A stretch of DNA of 59,643 bases, the filler included. It is 3 parts of 3 records of this genome, joined end to end, with 100 filler letters (N's around TTAATTAATTAA, not from the genome) between each part and the next. Parts side by side here need not be neighbours in the genome. Positions count along the whole stretch, not along the records: positions 40,438 to 59,643 come from SRR31156797_14939; 2 more parts are not named here. One strand, 5' to 3'. Made by a program: the position numbers and the translations under genes. Below are positions 49,505 to 59,572 of this stretch, piece by piece (position 1 is the first letter of the stretch; each line of letters begins with the position of its first letter). A model generated the notes under the pieces. That model saw only the letters and a program-made list of their open reading frames with translations, made no database searches and was not told where the DNA came from.

Positions 49505-50388
49505 AACATCTCTTAAAACTTTTTCTTCTTTTTAGTTTAGCTACTCCACTCTTTGCACAAAATATAACAAAAGGTACTGTAGCTTTCTTAGCTGATGGGA
49601 TAGATGGACTCCAATTTAAAGATGGAAGAATCGCAATTAATCTATGGTTTAGTATCTTAGCAAAAGATGTGGAAAGTGAAATTGATATCATCTATTATGA
49701 CAATATTGAGCAGTTGATCAAAGATTTTCATAAGCATAAATTTGAATATGGAGCGGTAAACCCCTATTTTTATTTAAAAAACTCTCATGTTTTAAGAGAT
49801 CATATTAGTGAATACTGGACCATTCAAAGAAGTTCTGTAAAACTTGATGATTTTGTTGTGCTTACTCATGTAGATCATCCAATTGAAACCCTTGCAGATC
49901 TTGAACACAAAGTTCTCTCAGCAAAAGAGCATAACTACATGGATATACTCTATCTTGATAATGAACTCTTAAAATTAAAAGGAAAAAAGTCAGTTGATTT
50001 TTTGAGTGAAATAAAACCTGTCAAATCTTACTCCAGAGCTATTTTAGATACATTTTTTAAAAAAAATGACGCATCAATAGTCCCAAGATATAGTTTTGAG
50101 ATAGCAAGTGAACTTAACCCTATCTTGAAAAAGAAACTTAAAATCATTTCAAGTAGTGGAAATATTTTCCTCCCATTTATCAGTTTCTTTCATAAAGATA
50201 CTTCTCAAAATATGAGAGACAAGTTTGAAAAAAGTGTGATAAATATGCATACAACAGAAGCTGGAAAAAACATCTTTAATCTTTTCAAAATGGAGGGGAT
50301 ATATAAAGTAGATAAAAGTGTTATAGAACAGCAACAAGAGTATTTTGATATGTATCAAAAACTTTTACAACAAAATGGCTATAAATAA
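49501..50388 (+). CDS. PhnD/SsuA-like periplasmic binding protein
   Basis: Signal peptide; TFFKKNDASIV..SELNPIL and EAGKNIFNLFK motifs. Confidence 0.7.
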   Translation: MKHLLKLFLLFSLATPLFAQNITKGTVAFLADGIDGLQFKDGRIAINLWFSILAKDVESEIDIIYYDNIEQLIKDFHKHKFEYGAVNPYFYLKNSHVLRDHISEYWTIQRSSVKLDDFVVLTHVDHPIETLADLEHKVLSAKEHNYMDILYLDNELLKLKGKKSVDFLSEIKPVKSYSRAILDTFFKKNDASIVPRYSFEIASELNPILKKKLKIISSSGNIFLPFISFFHKDTSQNMRDKFEKSVINMHTTEAGKNIFNLFKMEGIYKVDKSVIEQQQEYFDMYQKLLQQNGYK

Positions 50389-50394
50389 AACACT

Positions 50395-52161
50395 TTAACC
50401 TGAGGTATACTGATCTCTACCACCATTCTTAGCTTGGTACATCAATTGATCAGCTCGCTCTACAAACTCTTCCCAGTGTTCATTCTCTTTATACTCTGTG
50501 ATCCCTAAACTAACTGTAACACTATGACCATCTATAACCATCTCTCTTATCTGCTGTTGGATCTTTTTTGTAAAAGCGATAGCACCATCTAGATCAATCT
50601 CTGGAAGAAGTATAATAAACTCCTCTCCACCCCATCTTATGATATAATCAGAGGTTCTAAGGGAGTTTTTAATCCTCTCACTAATAGAGATCAAGACCTT
50701 ATCTCCTACATTATGACCATAGGTATCATTGATAACTTTAAACTTATCAATGTCAAAAAACACTAGTGAGAGTTTATTTTTATATCTTAAAGAACGCTCT
50801 ATCTCTTTGATAAGGATATTTACCCCCTCTTGTCTATTGATACAGTTGGTTAAAAAATCTCTGGTAGCTCTTACATAAAGCTCATGAAGTAAATTCTCTT
50901 TTTCTATTTTACTCTCAATCGCTTGGATACCTAAAATAATCATATCAACAATATTTGCAAAAAGATTAAACTCCTCTTTTATAAACTTATGGGTATTTTT
51001 TAGCATCAAAGTGATAATAGCAAAAACCTCTGATTCTTCATTAAACCGAAGAGGAATAGCAGCAAGAGATAAGATCCCTTTACTCAGTAAAAACTCCTTA
51101 TCTTCATAGTTTTCCATCTCTTGGAGATTTTCTATTACAGAGATTGCTCGGCTTTTATAGGCTTGGGTCATAACATTATTTTTTGATTGAAAATCTCTGA
51201 TCGTAGCCTCTTTAAAAAAGATAGATATATCATCTTTTTGATCTTGAGAGTAGTTAATTATCTTTAAACTATTCCCCTCAATTCTTGTGATATATGCAAA
51301 CTCATATTCTATATTTTGAGTAAAATAATCACATACAACTTGAAAAAACTCTTTTACAGACTCTATAGAAGTGGCACTTTTTCCAATCAAAGCATAGGTA
51401 TTAATAAGATCTTTTAGAGATTTTTCTTGTTTTAAAAGTTTTAAAATATTGTTTTTTGAACTCATCAAATACTTTACAGACTGCAATTGACAAGATAAGA
51501 TAGTAGAAAAAGTATCTTTGTTTTTTATCACTTCTACATCTAAAACAACCTCTTTAGATACACTATTTTTGGTTTTAAGCTCAATATATAAATTATTGAT
51601 AAACTCACTTCTTGAAATATTTTTAAGCTCAGATTGTAACTCTTGTTGATATTTTTCATCTATTAAGGTGATAAATGGTTGGCTTAGTATCTCCTCTTTT
51701 TGATACTCTAAATAATGAAGCAAGTTCTCATTAGCATCAATAACCTCACCAATCTCATTTAAAGAACATTTTAAAAGGCTCTCAATATCTCCTCTAAGAT
51801 GTTCTAAAATAGACTCTTTGATCTCTTTGAGATTAATAGGTTTAAAAAGATAGTTATTGACTCCTAAGTTTAATGCTTCGAGAAGATATTTTGATTCATT
51901 GAATGCTGTGAGGATGATAATAGGAATAGTAGTATTGATCTTTTTAATCTCTCGAATCATCTCAATACCATTCATTTTAGGCATCTGTATATCCGTGATA
52001 ATAAGATCTATTTTTTCTTTATGAAAATACTCTAAAGCGCTTTCTCCATTCTCTGCTACGAAAATATTTTTTACAAAAGTTTGTAAAAAAAAGCTGATCT
52101 CTTCTTGAGTATTTAGATCATCTTCAACATACAGTATATTTTTATCAAGTATCTTTTTCAT
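50395..52161 (-). CDS. REC-PAS-GAF-GGDEF diguanylate cyclase
   Basis: DIDKFK.IND.YGH, RTSD I-site, RWGGEEF. Confidence 0.93.
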   Translation of the reverse strand: MKKILDKNILYVEDDLNTQEEISFFLQTFVKNIFVAENGESALEYFHKEKIDLIITDIQMPKMNGIEMIREIKKINTTIPIIILTAFNESKYLLEALNLGVNNYLFKPINLKEIKESILEHLRGDIESLLKCSLNEIGEVIDANENLLHYLEYQKEEILSQPFITLIDEKYQQELQSELKNISRSEFINNLYIELKTKNSVSKEVVLDVEVIKNKDTFSTILSCQLQSVKYLMSSKNNILKLLKQEKSLKDLINTYALIGKSATSIESVKEFFQVVCDYFTQNIEYEFAYITRIEGNSLKIINYSQDQKDDISIFFKEATIRDFQSKNNVMTQAYKSRAISVIENLQEMENYEDKEFLLSKGILSLAAIPLRFNEESEVFAIITLMLKNTHKFIKEEFNLFANIVDMIILGIQAIESKIEKENLLHELYVRATRDFLTNCINRQEGVNILIKEIERSLRYKNKLSLVFFDIDKFKVINDTYGHNVGDKVLISISERIKNSLRTSDYIIRWGGEEFIILLPEIDLDGAIAFTKKIQQQIREMVIDGHSVTVSLGITEYKENEHWEEFVERADQLMYQAKNGGRDQYTSG

Positions 52162-52243
52162 TGATCCTATCCATAAAGTTATAAATTATTATAGTTGAAT
52201 AATTATTGTATATTGATTAAGAAAGAGCCAATAGGATAAAGAG

Positions 52244-52310
52244 AAATATGTAAAAAATATGTAATTTTTTTCAATACTTTTTGCACTTCTTAACAAATTT
52301 TGTGTATAAT
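52244..52310 (+). promoter_or_regulatory. Direct repeat and sigma70-like promoter in a divergent intergenic region
   Basis: AAATATGTAA twice (52244, 52255); TTGCAC-N18-TATAAT. Confidence 0.45.
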
Positions 52311-52328
52311 TAATAAAAAGTTTCAAAA

Positions 52329-54515
52329 ATGTTCAAGATATCTTATAAACTCAAACTCTTTTTACTCTATTTTATATCTGTAGTTCTTGCTACATTTTTG
52401 GTGTATAAACTTATAAACACTTTTCATGAAACAAGTGTTGAAAATATATCACAGCAGTATTTTCAAGCAAAAGCAGAGGAAAGAGAAGAGTATTTTCATG
52501 ATTTTTTTAGACCCTATTTTACTACTATCCATTCTATCCAAAGTAGTCAAACACTTTTAGAGTTTTTATCAAATGAAACAAAAAGAGATAAAATAGAAGA
52601 GTATTTTTTAAATCTCAAACGGGCACTCCCTTGTGCCACACAGATACGATACCTCAACTCTTTTGGAGAAGAGATAATAAGAGTTGATGGTACCCCAGTA
52701 TCACTTATGAAAGAAAAAGCTATTTCAAAAATAGTTCCACAAGAAGAGCTTCAAAATAAAGCACCCTGCCCATATATTCAAGAATTTCTTCATCTTCAAA
52801 AAGGTGAAATAGGTATATCAAAGATTGAGCTAAATATTGAACATGGAAAGATCAGTCTTCCCAAACAACCTACTTTAAGACTTGGAATGCTCGTTTTTGA
52901 TGCACAAAACAATGAAAAAGGTCTTGTGATAATAAATATTTGTTTAAAAACTTTTTTTCAACTTTTTAATAAAACAACCCTTTATAATGTCCATCTTATA
53001 GATGAAAAAGGAAACTTTTTAAACCACCATAATCCAAAATATGGACTTCTAGGCTCAGATATGGAACACTCTATTTTTGATGATTTTCCAGAGCATGCTT
53101 GGGATATTTTAGAGAATGATCAATATTATGGAGAATCTTTTTATGCTCAAAAAATAGAAAACTTCAATAATGGACAAAATGTAAAAATACTCTTGGAACT
53201 TAAATTTGAAGAAAAGTTAAAACAAAAAGAGATCACACAAAGAAACTTTACTATCATCTCTATTCTCTTTGCAGTTATTATTATACCTATCATTATATAT
53301 CTTGCTAAACTACCTGATATTTTAAAAGAGAAATTAAATCAAAAAAAAGAGATCGAAAATAAAAATATCTTTATCAATACTCTTTTAAAAAGTATCCCAA
53401 TACCTATGTTTTATAAAAACCTCGATGGTACCTACTTTGATATCAATCAAGAGTTTACAAATGTATTTGGGTTTGAGTATGATCAACTCATAGGAAAAAG
53501 TGCTTATGAAGTAGTGGAAAATGAAAATGCTACAATGTTTCGAAAAAAAGATCAAGAACTGATCAATAGTAAAACCCATGAAACTCAAATATACCAAAGT
53601 ACTGTGACAAATCTTAAAACAAAAAAAATTCATAATGTGATCTTTCATAAAAATCTCTTTTTTGATATCAATAATAAGCCTCTTGGAATTATTGGTGCTG
53701 CTATTGATATTACAGAGATTACACAGATCAAAAAAGAGCTTGAAGAGCTTAATAAAGATCTAGAACTTAGAGTCCATAAAGAGGTAGAAAAGAATCTAGT
53801 ACAAGAGATACAGCTTTTTGAAAGCTCAAAACTAGCAGCTATGGGAGAGATGATGAATAATATCATCCATCAGTGGAGTCAACCTCTTACAATCATCTCT
53901 TTAAAAGCTTCATATATAGAATCATTAGCAAAAACAGAAGAACCAATAGAGCATCAACTAATACAAGAGGAGATGGAGTATATTACCCATGCTATTACAA
54001 GATTGTCTGAAGTGACAAAAACCTTTGCTGAATTTATCAAAGAGAAAAAAGAGAAAAAAACAGTCAACTTACAAGAAACTATCGATAAAAGTCTTGTGAT
54101 CTCTGGAACTGTTTTAAAAGACAAAGGGTATGAACTTCTTAAGCAGATTGATTATAACGATCCTATAATGATCACTACAATTCCTAATGAACTTATTGAA
54201 GTGATCATCAATATTATTAATAATGCCATCGATATTTTAGAAGAGAAACATATAGAAAATGGCTTTGTAAAGATCATTTTAACAAAAGATACAAATAGTG
54301 TGTTTATATCCATTGAAGACAATGGTGGAGGAATACCACAAGAGGTGTTGCCAAAGATTTTTGATGAATACTTCACTACAAAATCTAAAGATAAAGGAAC
54401 AGGGATAGGACTCTATATGAGTAAAAAGATGGTGACCACTAGTTTAGAAGGAAAGTTAGATGCTACAAATACACAAAAAGGGGCAAGATTTACAATCACG
54501 CTACCATTCACTTAA
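52329..54515 (+). CDS. Cache-PAS sensor histidine kinase
   Basis: QIRYLNSFGEEIIRVD..LQNK..PTLR Cache pattern; PAS PIPMFYKN; H-box IHQWSQP. Confidence 0.9.
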   Translation: MFKISYKLKLFLLYFISVVLATFLVYKLINTFHETSVENISQQYFQAKAEEREEYFHDFFRPYFTTIHSIQSSQTLLEFLSNETKRDKIEEYFLNLKRALPCATQIRYLNSFGEEIIRVDGTPVSLMKEKAISKIVPQEELQNKAPCPYIQEFLHLQKGEIGISKIELNIEHGKISLPKQPTLRLGMLVFDAQNNEKGLVIINICLKTFFQLFNKTTLYNVHLIDEKGNFLNHHNPKYGLLGSDMEHSIFDDFPEHAWDILENDQYYGESFYAQKIENFNNGQNVKILLELKFEEKLKQKEITQRNFTIISILFAVIIIPIIIYLAKLPDILKEKLNQKKEIENKNIFINTLLKSIPIPMFYKNLDGTYFDINQEFTNVFGFEYDQLIGKSAYEVVENENATMFRKKDQELINSKTHETQIYQSTVTNLKTKKIHNVIFHKNLFFDINNKPLGIIGAAIDITEITQIKKELEELNKDLELRVHKEVEKNLVQEIQLFESSKLAAMGEMMNNIIHQWSQPLTIISLKASYIESLAKTEEPIEHQLIQEEMEYITHAITRLSEVTKTFAEFIKEKKEKKTVNLQETIDKSLVISGTVLKDKGYELLKQIDYNDPIMITTIPNELIEVIINIINNAIDILEEKHIENGFVKIILTKDTNSVFISIEDNGGGIPQEVLPKIFDEYFTTKSKDKGTGIGLYMSKKMVTTSLEGKLDATNTQKGARFTITLPFT

Positions 54516-56749
54516 ACATTCATATCGATAATAAATCGTATCCCTTTTTGCTCCTTATCTTCAACCCTAATATGACCTTTTAGTTTTTGAGTGACTAAAT
54601 TATAAACAATATTCATCCCCAAGCCACTTCCCCCTTTTGCTCTATTTGTAGTGTAAAAAGGATCAAAGATCTTATTTTTTGTCTCTTTTGTGATCCCTTT
54701 TCCATTATCATCATATATTATTTGAAGTCTACCATTATCTAAACTTGCAGCTATTACAATAGCTCCCTTATCTTGTCCATTATTAAACCCATGAATCAAA
54801 GAGTTAAGAATAAGGTTTGTAAAGATCTGTGAAAAAGCTCCTGGGTTTGAATTGAGTGTTAAAGAACTGTCAATATCAAGTTTGATCTCAATTTTAGTTT
54901 TTTTCATCTGATTATGTAAAGAGAGTAAAACCTCTTCTAGATACTCTTTGAAATGAAACTCTCTTATAGAATCACTTGTCTGATCTACTGCAACTTGCTT
55001 AAAGCTTTTGATAAGATTGACTGCTTTATTGAGATTATTATATATGGACTCATTAGCAAGCTTCATATCCTCTAAATACTCTAAAAACTCCTCCTCACTC
55101 ATTCTCTCTTGACGATAACTCTCCTCTAAAGTGAGTAGCTCTTTTTTTGCATGTGTTGAAGCAGTAAGGGCAATCCCTATTGGGGTATTGATCTCATGGG
55201 AAACCCCAGCAACCATATTTCCCAAACTTGCCATCTTTTCACTTTGGGCTAATTGGGCTTGGGTATTTTTAAGATTTTGAAAATTTTCCTCTAGCTCTTT
55301 TGTTTTCTCTTTGACTTTCTCTTCTAATCTTTCATTAAACTCTTGAAGCTGTTGATTTGTCCTCTCTATTTGTATTTGACTTTTTTTCTTCTCATCAATA
55401 TCTCTCCATATGGTATAGATGAGCTCCTCATTAAATAGCTTAATATAAATTAGTGATATCTCTGCCCAAAACTCCTCCCCATTGTTTTTTTTACATCGCC
55501 ATTCGAAAAAACATGTTCCTTTCTCTTTTGCCTCAGCTATAAAGAGTGAAGCTTTATCTATGCTTAGTTGTCCATCAAACTGTAAAATAGGAGAAAAATC
55601 ACTTGCTATTTTACTATAAATCTCTTGTTTAGACTGAAGACTTAGCATCTCTAAAAGTCTTTCATTACAATCAATAAAAGTGTGATGAGTAAGATCTAAA
55701 ATACTAATCCCATCTAAAGAGCTATTATAAACGATATTGTATAAAGCTTGTTCTCGTTTAAGTAAATGGTTTGATTCTTCTAGATCATCATTAAGCTCTT
55801 CAGTCTCTCGCAATATCTTCTGAAGATACTCTGTTTTTTCTGCAACCGCAAGTTCTAAAGAATGATTTAGTTTTTGAAGCTCCAAACTCACCTTATCTTT
55901 CTCTTTTTGAATCTGTAAAAGATAAAAGATAAAGCCAATAAAAAATGAACTTAAAAGTGCTAAGCCTATCTGAAGATACAACTCATCTTTTCGCTCATAA
56001 AGATACTCTTTTGTAGGTATAATCTCTATCTCCCAGTTATATGTGTTATTTTGAACATCATAAAACATTGAATACTCTTCACCTGCTAGATCAGTTTTTA
56101 AAGAGGAGCTGTAGATCACATTTCCCTCTTCAATAACTTTAAATATAAAATCCCTTTTATTTGTCACATTTAACATAGAATCAAATAGCGCTTTTATGTC
56201 ATACCCGATAATAAAGTGCCCCTGAAACTCCCCTTTGTAATAAAGAGGTGAAACTACAATAAACCCTTTGATCCCAGAGTGTAATTCCATAGAATGGGAA
56301 GCCTCGATCTTTTTTGTTTTCATAGATCTTGCAATAACCTCTTTTTTATATTTCTCCTCCATCAAAGAAAGCCCTTTGATCATCTCCCCTTCCTTAGGTT
56401 TAGGAGAAACCCATACAATTTTATGATCAATATCTGCTTTACGAAGTCCTAAAGCTCCATGGAGATCATCAACAACATTATTTGCATCAAGCATCCATTT
56501 TTTTTCATTATAATCCCCATGATACAACTGAACCTTTTTGGTCATCCTTATCAAAACTTTTTCATTCTCTAAAAGTTTTAACTTGATCTGATCCACTATC
56601 AGTTGTCCATCAAGTTCTATGGTTTTATATAATTTAAGATCTTCTTTTTTTGTAAGAAATTGTAAAATGACAATAGAGAGAAAAAAAGCAGTAAAAAAAA
56701 CAAGAAAAGAGGTTTTATATTTTTTTATAAACTGAAAAACACTCATCAA
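54512..56749 (-). CDS. CHASE-like, PAS sensor histidine kinase
   Basis: Two TM helices; PAS SPILQFDG; QSEKMASLGNMVAGVSHEINTP; GGSGLG. Confidence 0.9.
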   Translation of the reverse strand: MMSVFQFIKKYKTSFLVFFTAFFLSIVILQFLTKKEDLKLYKTIELDGQLIVDQIKLKLLENEKVLIRMTKKVQLYHGDYNEKKWMLDANNVVDDLHGALGLRKADIDHKIVWVSPKPKEGEMIKGLSLMEEKYKKEVIARSMKTKKIEASHSMELHSGIKGFIVVSPLYYKGEFQGHFIIGYDIKALFDSMLNVTNKRDFIFKVIEEGNVIYSSSLKTDLAGEEYSMFYDVQNNTYNWEIEIIPTKEYLYERKDELYLQIGLALLSSFFIGFIFYLLQIQKEKDKVSLELQKLNHSLELAVAEKTEYLQKILRETEELNDDLEESNHLLKREQALYNIVYNSSLDGISILDLTHHTFIDCNERLLEMLSLQSKQEIYSKIASDFSPILQFDGQLSIDKASLFIAEAKEKGTCFFEWRCKKNNGEEFWAEISLIYIKLFNEELIYTIWRDIDEKKKSQIQIERTNQQLQEFNERLEEKVKEKTKELEENFQNLKNTQAQLAQSEKMASLGNMVAGVSHEINTPIGIALTASTHAKKELLTLEESYRQERMSEEEFLEYLEDMKLANESIYNNLNKAVNLIKSFKQVAVDQTSDSIREFHFKEYLEEVLLSLHNQMKKTKIEIKLDIDSSLTLNSNPGAFSQIFTNLILNSLIHGFNNGQDKGAIVIAASLDNGRLQIIYDDNGKGITKETKNKIFDPFYTTNRAKGGSGLGMNIVYNLVTQKLKGHIRVEDKEQKGIRFIIDMNV

Positions 56750-56756
56750 TATTCAC

Positions 56757-58451
56757 TTATGATGAAGTTTTTATCTTTGCATTGATCACAAAAAGAGCAC
56801 CTTTATAGTTTTCTCTCTCATGTTCAAACTCTGTGTTAGATACACTAATTGTCCCTCCAAAATGCTCTTTTATAATATTTTTGGCCATATAAAGACCAAC
56901 CCCTGTACCATTTTTATGCTCTTTTGTTGTGAAGTACTGATTAAATATATTCTCCATAACATTTAAAGGGATTCCACCTGCATTATCTTTGATACTTAAA
57001 GAAAAGCTATCATTATCTTTTTTTCCCTCTATCCAGATAACTCTTTTTTGTTTCGTATCATGTTCTTCATGGGCATCTATGGCATTGTTTATAATATTAA
57101 GTACCCCTTGAATAAATCCATTTGGGAACCCATGAATCTCAAAATCTTCTATATCCTCTTTTATCTCAATATAATTCTTTTTTAATTTTGCAGAGAGTAA
57201 AAAGAGTGCCTTATGGATAATATCTTTAATTTTAAAATAACTTTTCTTTTTATCATTTTTAAAAAAACTTCTAAAGTCATCTATAGTATGAGATAAAAAC
57301 TCTGAGGTCTTTATAATGGCATCACAATATTGATACAGACCCTCATCAGTTAATATCTCATGCTCTTTTTCCATTTGTATTCCACTTGCACTTGTGGTAA
57401 TCACTGATAATGGCTGTTTCCATTGGTGAGCAATATTATCTATCATCTCACCCATTGTAGCCATTTTTGACTGCTGAGAGATCACTGCATCTTTTAATTT
57501 GGCATTATCCATCAAGCAGATATTTTCAAATGATATGGAGATATTATTGGAAAATACTTCTAAAAACTGTTTATCATTTTCATCTAAATGGCTACACCCC
57601 TCAATATAAAGAAAAATCAAACGATCCAATTCAGCTGAGTGAAAATACCCCACATAGATATCCTCATCAAAAAAGCTCTTTTTGTGAAGATACGCTTTAT
57701 TAAGATATTCTAAAGCCTTTGGAGTCATAACATCTCCATTTGTTTTATCTTTAAATTTTCCAGAGGCTGAAAGGGTTTGGAAATAACTATTTTGTAAGGT
57801 TGCAAAAAAACAATCACCCTCTTTTGTATTATTAGATTCTCTATACTCATAGAGACTAGTATTCAAGTTAAGAATCGTTCCAAGTTGCGTAAGTACCCCT
57901 TGAGTAAAATGAAGCAAAGAACTAAGGTGAAAAATAGACTTTGATGCTTCGATGATATGTTTTAAGCCCTCTTTATTTTTTTCAATATCTTTAAGGTGTC
58001 TACTTGTTCGAAGGGCTCCTACAACAGTAGTAAAAAGTTTTGTTGATGTAAGTTCTGTTTTCTCTTTATAATCATCAATATCATAATTCATGATCACTTC
58101 ATGTTCTGGGGCATGACCTGGTTGTCCTGTTCGAAGAACTATTCTTATAGTATGATTATGTAACTCTTCTCGTACTTTTTTAACAACTCTTAGTCCATCA
58201 TCATCACTATCCATCACCACATCAAGTAATAAAAGATCGATATCTTTATGTTGTTTTAAAAGCTCAATAGCTTCTGCACCATTATACGCATCAAAAAACT
58301 CGATTTTTTTCTTCTCAAAAACAAATTTTTTTAATGCCAGCTTTGTTATATTATGAATATCCTCTTCATCATCTACAATAAGGATCTTCCATTTTTCATC
58401 TAAGAGTTTGTTATGTTTTTCTTTTTCTACCTGTGCAAACTTAAATGGCAT
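56757..58451 (-). CDS. REC-DUF3369-histidine kinase hybrid
   Basis: WKILIVDDE..LLDVVM..RIVLRTGQPGHAPE..YDIDDYKEK receiver; H-box AHQWKQP. Confidence 0.88.
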   Translation of the reverse strand: MPFKFAQVEKEKHNKLLDEKWKILIVDDEEDIHNITKLALKKFVFEKKKIEFFDAYNGAEAIELLKQHKDIDLLLLDVVMDSDDDGLRVVKKVREELHNHTIRIVLRTGQPGHAPEHEVIMNYDIDDYKEKTELTSTKLFTTVVGALRTSRHLKDIEKNKEGLKHIIEASKSIFHLSSLLHFTQGVLTQLGTILNLNTSLYEYRESNNTKEGDCFFATLQNSYFQTLSASGKFKDKTNGDVMTPKALEYLNKAYLHKKSFFDEDIYVGYFHSAELDRLIFLYIEGCSHLDENDKQFLEVFSNNISISFENICLMDNAKLKDAVISQQSKMATMGEMIDNIAHQWKQPLSVITTSASGIQMEKEHEILTDEGLYQYCDAIIKTSEFLSHTIDDFRSFFKNDKKKSYFKIKDIIHKALFLLSAKLKKNYIEIKEDIEDFEIHGFPNGFIQGVLNIINNAIDAHEEHDTKQKRVIWIEGKKDNDSFSLSIKDNAGGIPLNVMENIFNQYFTTKEHKNGTGVGLYMAKNIIKEHFGGTISVSNTEFEHERENYKGALFVINAKIKTSS

Positions 58452-58604
58452 TTTCTCTTCCTATATACACTAACCTCTATAATTTCAAACTACACAGGTA
58501 TTTTGTATTATTCAAATAATTTTTATTCATTATAGTTTAAACTATATGAAATATAGGTTAGGTTATTTTTCTACTCTTTGCTCTTTGGATAAGGTAAAAG
58601 TTTT

Positions 58605-59288
58605 CTATTTTTTTACTTTAAAACCAGTTCCATAAACATTTAAAATAGTATCTTTTGGAAGCTTTTTACGAAGGTTTTTTACGGTTGTTTTTATAGTATC
58701 TATTCCATAACTATCAGCATTATCCCACACTTCATATAAAAGTGTATCGTATGTGATTGTACTATTAAGATTTGAAAAGAAGATATTAAGGACTTGTTTC
58801 TCTTTTGGAGTCAGATGTACTTCTTGATTATTATGAAACAGCTGCATCTCTGCAAAATCCCAAGTATATCCATCTTTTAGATCAAGGGTTTGAGTTTTCA
58901 TCACTTTAAAGCTATCAAGTTCACTTAAAGCTAACTCTAAAGCATCCAAAAGATCTTTACTTGTAATTGGTTTTATCAAATATCTTGTAAGTTTAAGTTC
59001 TGTTGCTTCAAGTAAACTATTCACGTCAGATTGAGCTGTAAGCATTATCACACGTGTGGTATGGTCATTTTGCCGAAGTTTTTTCACAAACCCCATTCCA
59101 CTTAATTTTGGCATATTGATATCAGCTATGACTATATCAGGTTGTATTTGTTGGTATTTTTCAAAAGCATCTTCACCATCACAAGCTAAGTAAAGATTTT
59201 CGATTTTTGTAGATAACATATGAGCAACAACTTCGCGTAGTTCTTTTTCATCTTCTGCATATAAAACTTTAATGTTTTCAAATTCCAT
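58605..59288 (-). CDS. OmpR-type response regulator
   Basis: LYAEDE, DINMP, LTPKE, LRKKLP..VYGTGF. Confidence 0.93.
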   Translation of the reverse strand: MEFENIKVLYAEDEKELREVVAHMLSTKIENLYLACDGEDAFEKYQQIQPDIVIADINMPKLSGMGFVKKLRQNDHTTRVIMLTAQSDVNSLLEATELKLTRYLIKPITSKDLLDALELALSELDSFKVMKTQTLDLKDGYTWDFAEMQLFHNNQEVHLTPKEKQVLNIFFSNLNSTITYDTLLYEVWDNADSYGIDTIKTTVKNLRKKLPKDTILNVYGTGFKVKK

Positions 59289-59359
59289 ATATTACCTTTT
59301 TAGTTATCTAAGTATTATAATATAAAAGGATAAAAAAGTAAATAATATGATAAAAAAAT

Positions 59360-59572
59360 TTATAATTTTTCTATCTCAATATCTCCATTATCTAAAATAT
59401 GAAAGTCAACTGGATGTTTCATCAACTCATCAACTATCACTTTGAGTTCATTAAAGATCATCATATCATTGGCATTATCTTCACCACGCTCTAGTTTCAC
59501 AAGCTTAGAAGCAGCTTGATAAGTAAAAAACTGAAATGAATTATTATTAAAAAAGTTCTCTAAAGCAATCAT
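59360..59572 (-). CDS. Small hypothetical protein
   Basis: 70-aa ORF with protein-like composition, no overlap, same strand as the downstream regulator. Confidence 0.55.
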   Translation of the reverse strand: MIALENFFNNNSFQFFTYQAASKLVKLERGEDNANDMMIFNELKVIVDELMKHPVDFHILDNGDIEIEKL

